Assembly (NCBI RefSeq): GCF_000315625.1
Contig: NW_005434450.1
Location: forward strand, 28,891-67,276
DNA from: Guillardia theta CCMP2712
Taxonomy: Eukaryota > Protista > Cryptophyta
Length of the DNA: 38,386 nt
Direction of reading: 5' to 3'
In this document: one piece after another, positions 11,910 to 23,300 of the stretch
Numbering within the stretch: the first letter of the stretch is position 1
How the letters are laid out: every line of letters begins with the position of its first letter
Notes under the pieces: generated by a model
Seen by the model: the letters and a program-made list of their open reading frames with translations, nothing else
Database searches by the model: none
What the model was told of the DNA's origin: nothing
Position numbers and translations under genes: made by a program

Positions 11910-12072
11910 TGAGAGGGAGTGGGAGGGAGGGAGGGAGGGAGGAGAGGAGAGGAGAGGAGAGGAGAGGAGAGAGAGGAGGAGAGGAGAGGAGAGGAGAGGA
12001 GAGGAGAGGAGAGAGAGAGTGCGGGAGGGAGAGGAGAGGAGAGTGGGAGGAAAGGGAGGAAAGAGAGGAGAG
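11910..12072. repeat. (GAGAG)n/(GGGA)n purine microsatellite
   Basis: Directly visible. Confidence 0.92.
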
Positions 12073-12360
12073 GTCTGCGGGAGGGAGTTAGTGGGGAAGG
12101 AAATTAGAGGCATGATGAGCGAAAAAATGCACCGAGAGGGCACGCAGGAGAAACTTCGCGAGGAAGGAGCTGAATTCGATGAAAAGACCGATATCTGAAG
12201 AAGTTAGAACCAGCGATTGAGATGAAAGCTTGGCTACCATCCTCTAGAGTTGGGTGTGAAAAACCAACAAGAAAGATTTCGTTTTAAGTTTGGCTCCCCG
12301 ATTCTTGTGATGGTTTCCTCAGTAACTTGGCCTGACATGTGTCCACAGCAGAACCGAAGC

Positions 12361-14179
12361 ATGTACGTCTTCAAGATTAATCTTAATCATTCGCTCAAGC
12401 GGATCGTTGTGGATGAGGCGTTCACTTTCCCATCCCTGTGAGCATTTTTTGTGATCTCCTCCCAATTTGTTGATGTCTGGACAGTGTCTCGTTGATCAGG
12501 GAGCGCTTCGAATTGAACTCGGATGTCGCTCTGAAGCTGAAATACAAGGACCCAGAGGGTGACATTGTCACTGTAACCAGCAAAGCTGAGGTCTTGGAAG
12601 CGTTGAGCCTCCTCGACAAGGAGTCAAACCCTATCTTGAAGCTGTTCGTGGACATGGACAACAACTCAAGTGCCGGGGTTGTAGAGGAGCCGCAACCAGA
12701 CCTTCCTGTTCGATCGGAGGATCAACCTTGCATGAGAGAGTCGATAGCGTCTGAGGACTCTATTGTCATGGTGGATGGTGAAAATGACAACAGCTCTCCC
12801 AAGAATGACGAAAACGAAGAGGAGGTCCCGGCGGACGCGGATGAGGACGAAGTGTTGAAGGAGGTCATGAAAGCATCAGCTGAAGAATATGCCCGTCAAC
12901 AGGCGGCTGAGGCAGCCCGCAAGGCGGCCGAGGAAGAGGAGGCAGCCCGCAAGGCGGCCGAGGAGGAGGAGGCAGCCCGCCGCATTGCGGCCGAGGAAGA
13001 GGAGGCAGCCCGCAAGGCGGCCGAGGAGGAGGAGGCAGCCCGCAAGGCGGCCGAGGAAGAGGAGGCAGCCCGCAAGGCGGCCGAGGAGGAGGAGGCAGCC
13101 CGCAAGGCGGCTCAGGAGGAGGAGGCAGCCCGCCGCAAGGCGGCTCAGGAGGAGGAGGCAGCCCGCAAGGCAGCTCAGGAGGAGGAGGCATTCCGCCGCA
13201 AGGCGGCTCAGGAGGAGGAGGCAGCCCGCAAGGCAGCTCAGGAGGAGGAGGCAGCCCGCCGCAAGGCGGCTCAGGAGGAGGAGGCAGCCGCCCGTAAGGC
13301 GGCCGAGGAGGCAGCCGCCCGTAAGGCCGCCGAGGATGCTGCAAGAGAAATAGCAGTGTTTGAAAAGACCATGGTCATGTCAAGTGAAGAGCAGAAGGTG
13401 AGAGCAAAGCGAGATATCCATGATTGTCTCGCTCATCACTTTTGTAGATCGAGGAACGCATCATGGCCGAGATTGCTTTTGCAGCGGCGGAGGAGGATGC
13501 TCTCATGCGAGCAAAAAGTTTGATGAAGGCTGGGTGCTCTGTCGACCAGCTCAAGTCGATCTACTCTACTGGCATTCTCTCTCAGATTGGACTCGTTGGA
13601 GATGACTCGGTCGAGCATGGCTTCTCGCGTGGGCCCGTTGTCAACTGGGAATCCACAAAAGCTGTTGCAGAGCAGGATGAAAGCGAACGATTCCCCTCGC
13701 AAGAGCAGCAGGCGCTTGTGGACGAGGTCGGCAACCTTGCAGCTCGCCTGACAGCCTTCTACATGGAGCACAACCAAGCTCATCTCGATCGCGCCATCAG
13801 TGTCGCTCGTCAGTTCGTTGGTCGTGAGGACGATCTCAACGTGGCTCTTGTCAGGAAATACGGATGCGACTTGACTTCGCGAACAGCTGCTCGAGACATG
13901 TCAAGAAACACGCAGCTCCCTGTCGCTGAGGTTGCGATGAACAGCTCCAACGAGCCCAGAGCACCTGTTGTCGCTTCAGCTCCTGTGGAGGAAGACTTTG
14001 CCCCTGCCTCGCCCTCGGCTCCCTCTGCCCCCTCTCCTGCTCCTGCCACTGTCTCTGCGGACAGTGCGCTGGCTGTGCTGCTGGGAATGGGATTTTCAGA
14101 CATGGAGAAGAATCGATCGTTGCTGCAAGCGTGCGGGGGAGACCTGCAGGCTGTGATTGCTCAGCTACTTGACGAGTAA
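12361..14179 (+). CDS. PB1 - UIM - charged helix repeats - UBA protein (p62/SQSTM1- or NBR1-like ubiquitin adaptor)
   Basis: Exons 12361-12437, 12485-13397 and 13448-14179 are in phase. PB1: MYVFKINLNHSLKRI...LKYKDPEGDIVTVTSKAEVLEAL...ILKLFV (basic Lys plus OPCA DxEGD). UIM-like EDEVLKEVMKASAEEY. C-terminal UBA LAVLLGMGFSDMEKNRSLLQACGGDLQAVIAQLL. Confidence 0.88.
12905..13335 (+). repeat. Coding minisatellite of 30/33-bp units encoding EEEEAARKAA / QEEEAARRKAA
   Basis: About 13-14 tandem units such as gaggaggaggaggcagcccgcaaggcggcc. Confidence 0.95.
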
Positions 14180-14331
14180 GAAGAGTGAGGGGTTGGCTCG
14201 TTCAGATTGTGTAACCTTAGCAAGAGTTGGTTGGACAGCGTGAGTGAAGAAATTTGAGTGCTATGTGCTCGTGAGTAAGAAGAGATCTTCATTCAAGTAC
14301 ATCTAGCCTTTGATTTCATTCGTGTCCTGGG

Positions 14332-17300
14332 CTACTGCAGGGCTCGCCTGAGCTTGATGCTCCTGCAAATGCCAGCGAAGAGAGAGAACGTGTGTGACTT
14401 CTGCAGCAGCTGTCGCTGCGACGAGAAGCTCGACACTTTCGACTGCAAGAGGTGCTGGAGCTTGGATGAGTCAGCCCAGCAGCTAAGAAAGAAGCGAAGA
14501 AACTGCCTCTTCCCGTCCTCCCAATGTCTCTCTACACTTTCCATTCGCCGCGATCGCACGTCATCCGATCCATACCTAAGCACGTGAAAAACTCCTCTCA
14601 AAGTTCTTATCTTCCTGCGCTCCCCTAGCCGCCCCACTGCTGTCGCCCCTACCGTCCGCCTGGCTCGGACAGCCCTCCACCGCTCGATCGCGCCCCATGC
14701 CGTGCTCTTGTCTCTTGATGCTTTCATCGTCGCGTACCTCGCCCGCAGCACCGCCATGCGTCGAGCGAGCTGTGTCCAAGCAAGAAAAGCCCCGGCCTGA
14801 GAGCTGAGCGTCGAGCTCCTTGTCACGAGCCTGGAGCTCTGCTTCATGGTCCTCGACATGCTGAGGCCCTCCCTCCATGCCGCCATCGCTTTCTCCATCT
14901 GCTCCACTGCCCTTGACCTCACCGCCCTCGCTTGTATGCCCCGAGATCGTCGTCTCAGACCACTCGACACCCTCCAGTGGCACAAGACAGCCCGCTGAGT
15001 ATCGCTGCGATACGAGGCCACGGCCTTCAGCAGACGAGCCCGGCGAGATCTCCTTGCAGCCACCACGCTTGTCAGCACCCCAAAGTACACCCGGACGTCT
15101 CGTCGCACGACTCGAGTCTTGATCGAGTTAGCCTTGGCAAGCACCCACCGCGTCCAGGCTGTCAAGTCCGACCACGCCTGCAAGCCTCGACTTGTGACTC
15201 GCCTCTCCTCCATCCGTCGCGCCTTAGCATCGCTCGCCTGCTCTACCCTGAGCGTCGCCATGTCTGATACCGCAGATTGGACATACGCAGACAGCTCGTC
15301 AATCACCCGCCTGAGCAGCCGTTGCGACCTTGTCCGGTCTAGCCTCTGCATGAGTCGCCAGAGCTCTCGAGCCGCTTGTGTGTACGAGACCCAGCGGTGG
15401 AAGCGGGTGTAGAGCTGCATGGAGAGCGATCTCTGTACAGTGTGCAGCAGACAAGCCTTGAGCCGTCGTGCCTCCCACACTGCCTCCCGGTACCCTACAA
15501 ACGCCCCACGCTGGATCCGGTACCTGCCCTGTATTGAAGCGCCTGCGTGTAGCCGCAGCCTTGTGTCTTGGTCGAGCCTCTTAGACTTGGAGTCCTGAGC
15601 CAGCTCGGCCCATGCGACAAACAGGTCCTCGACATGCCTCTGCGTTACCACCAGCCAGATGGTGCGGCGGATCTGCTGCTCCCTCTTGCGCATACGGCGG
15701 CATGCGGCCACCGATGCTGCGAAACGGATCAAGGCTTCTCCTGCTCGTCGTCGCCTCAGCACCTCTACACAATGTGTCCTCCGTTGCCTCGTGCGGGAGC
15801 TATGACGCGATGCCCATGCCCACTCCGCTAGTAAAGGCTTGAGACTGCGTGCTCGCTGCCCCCGAGCCATGCATTCTCCGGACAGCACTCTCCATGTATA
15901 GATGGTAGCTCTTCCATGCCAGACGATGATGGCTTGCTTGAGCAGGTATGCTTCTCTATCGCGAGGACTCTGCAGCAAGTAGTACGCTTTGCCCAAGATC
16001 AGATGCTTCTGGGGCAGCGCACAGACGTGCAGGTGGTTGACTTGACGCAAGAGATACTGGGATTTCATCACCATCAACTCATCGCCAGGACGAGCTGCAA
16101 GCTTGACGTCCTCGCAGATTTGACTCGAGATCATACGCTGTAAGGCAAAGGAGCTCGTCTGTCGACTGATGTCCAACTCTGTCTTCACGTACTGGTTTAC
16201 ATTTCGCATTTGCCAAAGCGATACTAGATACTTGCTCAAGCACAGGCGGTCCCTGTTGGCGCGAAAGGACGTCGCTTTCGCTTGCAGTACAAGCTTGGCA
16301 TTGACCCGCCCCGCCCAGCTCACGAAGACAAGCCTGCTTGCAGCCCTGCGGGTTCGGTCCACGAGCTTGTTCACGCCATACTGCAGACGTCTCACACTCA
16401 GCAGGTACAAATCCAGCGCCTCAAATGCAGAAACCATGAGCTCCTTCCTCCTGCGCTCCCCTAGCCGCCCCACTGCTGTCGCCCCTACCGTCCGCCTGGC
16501 TCGGACAGCCCTCCACCGCTCGATCGCGCCCCATGCCGTGCTCTTGTCTCTTGATGCTTTCATCGTCGCGTACCTCGCCCGCAGCACCGCCATGCGTCGA
16601 GCGAGCTGTGTCCAAGCAAGAAAAGCCCCGGCCTGAGAGCTGAGCGTCGAGCTCCTTGTCACGAGCCTGGAGCTCTGCTTCATGGTCCTCGACATGCTGA
16701 GGCCCTCCCTCCATGCCGCCATCGCTTTCTCCATCTGCTCCACTGCCCTTGACCTCACCGCCCTCGCTTGTATGCCCCGAGATCGTCGTCTCAGACCACT
16801 CGACACCCTCCAGTGGCACAAGACAGCCCGCTGAGTATCGCTGCGATACGAGGCCACGGCCTTCAGCAGACGAGCCCGGCGAGATCTCCTTGCAGCCACC
16901 ACGCTTGTCAGCACCCCAAAGTACACCCGGACGTCTCGTCGCACGACTCGAGTCTTGATCGAGTTAGCCTTGGCAAGCACCCACCGCGTCCAGGCTGTCA
17001 AGTCCGACCACGCCTGCAAGCCTCGACTTGTGACTCGCTTCTCCTCCATCCGTCGCGCCTTAGCATCGCTCGCCTGCTCTACCCTGAGCGTCGCCATGTC
17101 TGATACCGCAGATTGGACATACGCAGACAGCTCGTCAATCACCCGCCTGAGCAGCCGTTGCGACCTTGTCCGGTCTAGCCTCTGCATGAGTCGCCAGAGC
17201 TCTCGAGCCGCTTGTGTGTACGAGACCCAGCGGTGGAAGCGGGTGTAGAGCTGCATGGAGAGCGATCTCTGTACAGTGTGCAGCAGACAAGCCTTGAGCC

Positions 17301-20300
17301 GTCGTGCCTCCCACACTGCCTCCCGGTACCCTACAAACGCCCCGCGCTGGATCCGGTACCTGCCCTGTATTGAAGCGCCTGCGTGTAGCCGCAGCCTTGT
17401 GTCTTGGTCGAGCCTCTTAGACTTGGAGTCCTGAGCCAGCTCGGCCCATGCGACAAACAGGTCCTCGACATGCCTCTGCGTTACCACCAGCCAGATGGTG
17501 CGGCGGATCTGCTGCTCCCTCTTGCGCATACGGCGGCATGCGGCCACCGATGCTGCGAAACGGATCAAGGCTTCTCCTGCTCGTCGTCGCCTCAGCACCT
17601 CTACACAATGTGTCCTCCGTTGCCTCGTGCGGGAGCTATGACGCGATGCCCATGCCCACTCCGCTAGTAAAGGCTTGAGCTGCATTTTCATCACCATCAA
17701 CTCATCGCCAGGACGAGCTGCAAGCTTGACGTCCTTGCAGATCTGACTCGAGATCATACGCTGTAAGGCAAAGGAGCTCGTCTGTCGACTGATGTCCAAC
17801 TCTGTCTTCACGTACTGGTTTACATTTCTCGTGAACCAAAAGGCAATCAGGTGCCTGCTCAAGCACAGGCGGTCCCTGTTAGCGCGAAAGGAGGTCGCTT
17901 TCGCTTGCAGTACAAGCTTGGCATTGACCCGCCCCGCCCAGCTCACGAAGACAAGCCTGCTTGCAGCCCTGCGGGTTCGGTCCACGAGCTTGTTCACGCC
18001 ATACTGCAGACGTCTCACACTCAGCAGGTACAAATCCAGCGCCTCAAATGCAGAAACCATGAGCTCCTTCCTCCTGCGCTCCCCTAGCCGCCCCACTGCT
18101 GTCGCCCCTACCGTCCGCCTGGCTCGGACAGCCCTCCACCGCTCGATCGCGCCCCATGCCGTGCTCTTGTCTCTTGATGCTTTCATCGTCGCGTACCTCG
18201 CCCGCAGCACCGCCATGCGTCGAGCGAGCTGTGTCCAAGCAAGAAAAGCCCCGGCCTGAGAGCTGAGCGTCGAGCTCCTTGTCACGAGCCTGGAGCTCTG
18301 CTTCATGGTCCTCGACATGCTGAGGCCCTCCCTCCATGCCGCCATCGCTTTCTCCATCTGCTCCACTGCCCTTGACCTCACCGCCCTCGCTTGTATGCCC
18401 CGAGATCGTCGTCTCAGACCACTCGACACCCTCCAGTGGCACAAGACAGCCCGCTGAGTATCGCTGCGATACGAGGCCACGGCCTTCAGCAGACGAGCCC
18501 GGCGAGATCTCCTTGCAGCCACCACGCTTGTCAGCACCCCAAAGTACACCCGGACGTCTCGTCGCACGACTCGAGTCTTGATCGAGTTAGCCTTGGCAAG
18601 CACCCACCGCGTCCAGGCTGTCAAGTCCGACCACGCCTGCAAGCCTCGACTTGTGACTCGCTTCTCCTCCATCCGTCGCGCCTTAGCATCGCTCGCCTGC
18701 TCTACCCTGAGCGTCGCCATGTCTGATACCGCAGATTGGACATACGCAGACAGCTCGTCAATCACCCGCCTGAGCAGCCGTTGCGACCTTGTCCGGTCTA
18801 GCCTCTGCATGAGTCGCCAGAGCTCTCGAGCCGCTTGTGTGTACGAGACCCAGCGGTGGAAGCGGGTGTAGAGCTGCATGGAGAGCGATCTCTGTACAGT
18901 GTGCAGCAGACAAGCCTTGAGCCGTCGTGCCTCCCACACTGCCTCCCGGTACCCTACAAACGCCCCACGCTGGATCCGGTACCTGCCCTGTATTGAAGCG
19001 CCTGCGTGTAGCCGCAGCCTTGTGTCTTGGTCGAGCCTCTTAGACTTGGAGTCCTGAGCCAGCTCGGCCCATGCGACAAACAGGTCCTCGACATGCCTCT
19101 GCGTTACCACCAGCCAGATGGTGCGGCGGATCTGCTGCTCCCTCTTGCGCATACGGCGGCATGCGGCCACCGATGCTGCGAAACGGATCAAGGCTTCTCC
19201 TGCTCGTCGTCGCCTCAGCACCTCTACACAATGTGTCCTCCGTTGCCTCGTGCGGGAGCTATGACGCGATGCCCATGCCCACTCCGCTAGTAAAGGCTTG
19301 AGACTGCGTGCTCGCTGCCCCCGAGCCATGCATTCTCCGGACAGCACTCTCCATGTATAGATGGTAGCTCTTCCATGCCAGACGATGATGGCTTGCTTGA
19401 GCAGGTATGCTTCTCTATCGCGAGGACTCTGCAGCAAGTAGTACGCTTTGCCCAAGATCAGATGCTTCTGGGGCAGCGCACAGACGTGCAGGTGGTTGAC
19501 TTGACGCAAGAGATACTGGGATTTCATCACCATCAACTCATCGCCAGGACGAGCTGCAAGCTTGACGTCCTCGCAGATTTGACTCGAGATCATACGCTGT
19601 AAGGCAAAGGAGCTCGTCTGTCGACTGATGTCCAACTCTGTCTTCACGTACTGGTTTACATTTCTCGTGAACCAAAAGGCAATCAGGTGCCTGCTCAAGC
19701 ACAGGCGGTCCCTGTTAGCGCGAAAGGACGTCGCTTTCGCTTGCAGTACAAGCTTGGCATTGACCCGCCCCGCCCAGCTCACGAAGACAAGCCTGCTTGC
19801 AGCCCTGCGGGTTCGGTCCACGAGCTTGTTCACGCCATACTGCAGACGTCTCACACTCAGCAGGTACAAATCCAGCGCCTCAAACGCAGAAACCATGAGC
19901 TCCTTCCTCCTGCGCTCCCCTAGCCGCCCCACTGCTGTCGCCCCTACCGTCCGCCTGGCTCGGACAGCCCTCCACCGCTCGATCGCGCCCCATGCCGTGC
20001 TCTTGTCTCTTGATGCTTTCATCGTCGCGTACCTCGCCCGCAGCACCGCCATGCGTCGAGCGAGCTGTGTCCAAGCAAGAAAAGCCCCGGCCTGAGAGCT
20101 GAGCGTCGAGCTCCTTGTCACGAGCCTGGAGCTCTGCTTCATGGTCCTCGACATGCTGAGGCCCTCCCTCCATGCCGCCANNNNNNNNNNNNNNNNNNNN
20201 NNNNNNNNNNNNNNNNNNNNNNNNNNNNNNNNNNNNNNNNNNNNNNNNNNNNNNNNNNNNNNNNNNNNNNNNNNNNNNNNGTCTCAGACCACTCGACACC

Positions 20301-23300
20301 CTCCAGTGCACAAGACAGCCCGCTGAGTATCGCTGCGATACGAGGCCACGGCCTTCAGCAGACGAGCCCGGCGAGATCTCCTTGCAGCCACCACGCTTGT
20401 CAGCACCCCAAAGTACACCCGGACGTCTCGTCGCACGACTCGAGTCTTGATCGAGTTAGCCTTGGCAAGCACCCACCGCGTCCAGGCTGTCAAGTCCGAC
20501 CACGCCTGCAAGCCCCGACTTGTGACTCGCCTCTCCTCCATCCGTCGCGCCTTAGCATCGCTCGCCTGCTCTACCCTGAGCGTCGCCATGTCTGATACCG
20601 CAGATTGGACATACGCAGACAGCTCGTCAATCACCCGCCTGAGCAGCCGTTGCGACCTTGTCCGGTCTAGCCTCTGCATGAGTCGCCAGAGCTCTCGAGC
20701 CGCTTGTGTGTACGAGACCCAGCGGTGGAAGCGGGTGTAGAGCTGCATGGAGAGCGATCTCTGTACAGTGTGCAGCAGACAAGCCTTGAGCCGTCGTGCC
20801 TCCCACACTGCCTCCCGGTACCCTACAAACGCCCCACGCTGGATCCGGTACCTGCCCTGTATTGAAGCGCCTGCGTGTAGCCGCAGCCTTGTGTCTTGGT
20901 CGAGCCTCTTAGACTTGGAGTCCTGAGCCAGCTCGGCCCATGCGACAAACAGGTCCTCGACATGCCTCTGCGTTACCACCAGCCAGATGGTGCGGCGGAT
21001 CTGCTGCTCCCTCTTGCGCATACGGCGGCATGCGGCCACCGATGCTGCGAAACGGATCAAGGCTTCTCCTGCTCGTCGTCGCCTCAGCACCTCTACACAA
21101 TGTGTCCTCCGTTGCCTCGTGCGGGAGCTATGACGCGATGCCCATGCCCACTCCGCTAGTAAAGGCTTGAGCTGCATTTTCATCACCATCAACTCATCGC
21201 CAGGACGAGCTGCAAGCTTGACGTCCTTGCAGATCTGACTCGAGATCATACGCTGTAAGGCAAAGGAGCTCGTCTGTCGACTGATGTCCAACTCTGTCTT
21301 CACGTACTGGTTTACATTTCGCATTTGCCAAAGCGATACTAGATACTTGCTCAAGCACAGGCGGTCCCTGTTAGCGCGAAAGGACGTCGCTTTCGCTTGC
21401 AGTACAAGCTTGGCATTGACCCGCCCCGCCCAGCTCACGAAGACAAGCCTGCTTGCAGCCCTGCGGGTTCGGTCCACGAGCTTGTTCACGCCATACTGCA
21501 GACGTCTCACACTCAGCAGGTACAAATCCAGCGCCTCAAACGCAGAAACCATGAGCTCCTTCCTCCTGCGCTCCCCTAGCCGCCCCACTGCTGTCGCCCC
21601 TACCGTCCGCCTGGCTCGGACAGCCCTCCACCGCTCGATCGCGCCCCATGCCGTGCTCTTGTCTCTTGATGCTTTCATCGTCGCGTACCTCGCCCGCAGC
21701 ACCGCCATGCGTCGAGCGAGCTGTGTCCAAGCAAGAAAAGCCCCGGCCTGAGAGCTGAGCGTCGAGCTCCTTGTCACGAGCCTGGAGCTCTGCTTCATGG
21801 TCCTCGACATGCTGAGGCCCTCCCTCCATGCCGCCATCGCTTTCTCCATCTGCTCCACTGCCCTTGACCTCACCGCCCTCGCTTGTATGCCCCGAGATCG
21901 TCGTCTCAGACCACTCGACACCCTCCAGTGGCACAAGACAGCCCGCTGAGTATCGCTGCGATACGAGGCCACGCGCCTTCACGCAGACGAGCCCGGCGAG
22001 ATCTCCTTGCAGCCACCACGCTTGTCAGCACCCCAAAGTACACCCGGACGTCTCGTCGCACGACTCGAGTCTTGATCGAGTTAGCCTTGGCAAGCACCCA
22101 CCGCGTCCAGGCTGTCAAGTCCGACCACGCCTGCAAGCCCCGACTTGTGACTCGCCTCTCCTCCATCCGTCGCGCCTTAGCATCGCTCGCCTGCTCTACC
22201 CTGAGCGTCGCCATGTCTGATACCGCAGATTGGACATACGCAGACAGCTCGTCAATCACCCGCCTGAGCAGCCGTTGCGACCTTGTCCGGTCTAGCCTCT
22301 GCATGAGTCGCCAGAGCTCTCGAGCCGCTTGTGTGTACGAGACCCAGCGGTGGAAGCGGGTGTAGAGCTGCATGGAGAGCGATCTCTGTACAGTGTGCAG
22401 CAGACAAGCCTTGAGCCGTCGTGCCTCCCACACTGCCTCCCGGTACCCTACAAACGCCCCACGCTGGATCCGGTACCTGCCCTGTATTGAAGCGCCTGCG
22501 TGTAGCCGCAGCCTTGTGTCTTGGTCGAGCCTCTTAGACTTGGAGTCCTGAGCCAGCTCGGCCCATGCGACAAACAGGTCCTCGACATGCCTCTGCGTTA
22601 CCACCAGCCAGATGGTGCGGCGGATCTGCTGCTCCCTCTTGCGCATACGCCTGCACTCAATCGTGGTGTAGTGCATCTGTGTGAAGCAATCTTGTATTGT
22701 TCTCTGCGTTCTGTTCACGCTGATTACGGCATAGCTTTGTTGAAGTTCTTTGCTGATTTGAATGTACTGAGTGTACTTGTTGAAGAATTCTGTGATTGTA
22801 CATCGGTTCAATCGGTTGGATACTTGAATTTGAAGGTTAGACCTGTATGAACAATTTGAGTATGTGTGTCCTTGCCATGTTTTACACACACTTTGTAGCT
22901 TCCGTTTCTGGTAAGATTGAAGTCTGTAGTTTGCAAATTGTCTGGCGCACTGCATACACCCAACATGCTTTTGCCAGTTGTTGAAGGTTGAGCATATCAA
23001 ACTGAGATACATCTTGGATTCTGTTCTTTGGATGCAGTGCGTAGCCCGATCGTTCTTAGCTGATAGTTCTTGGTACCAAAATTGAAAGTAATATTTCTGC
23101 ATATTTGCAAATATCGTCTTTGACATCTTTGAAATCAGGTATTTTGAAAACTTGGATCTCTTTGTATGATTTTGGAAAATTTTCATGCACATCGACAGAT
23201 TGCGACGCGTTGCTCTTCTCCAAATGAGAGACGAAATCCTGGAAGCATGTTGAGTTTGCTTGCAGGAATGTAACCATTCGAGGAGACATTGTTTTTTAAG

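Noticed and set aside
12865-13353. Collagen-, extensin- or protamine-like ORFs (PPCGLPPPP; RRRRQPA)
   Set aside because: Alternative frames or strand of the EEEEAARKAA coding minisatellite.
21960-21990. Pseudogenising frameshift in the Sfi1-like gene (two extra C), plus a missing G near 20307
   Set aside because: These are isolated single-base indels relative to otherwise identical copies, one next to a gap. Sequencing or consensus error is more likely, but this cannot be settled without reads.
14613-22649. Tandem transposon, LTR element or CRISPR-like array
   Set aside because: Units are in-frame parts of one ORF, with no transposase or RT motifs, terminal repeats or spacers.
14354-22850. 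Numerous repeated plus-strand ORFs of 60-160 aa
   Set aside because: Antisense shadows of the repeated Sfi1-like coding sequence.
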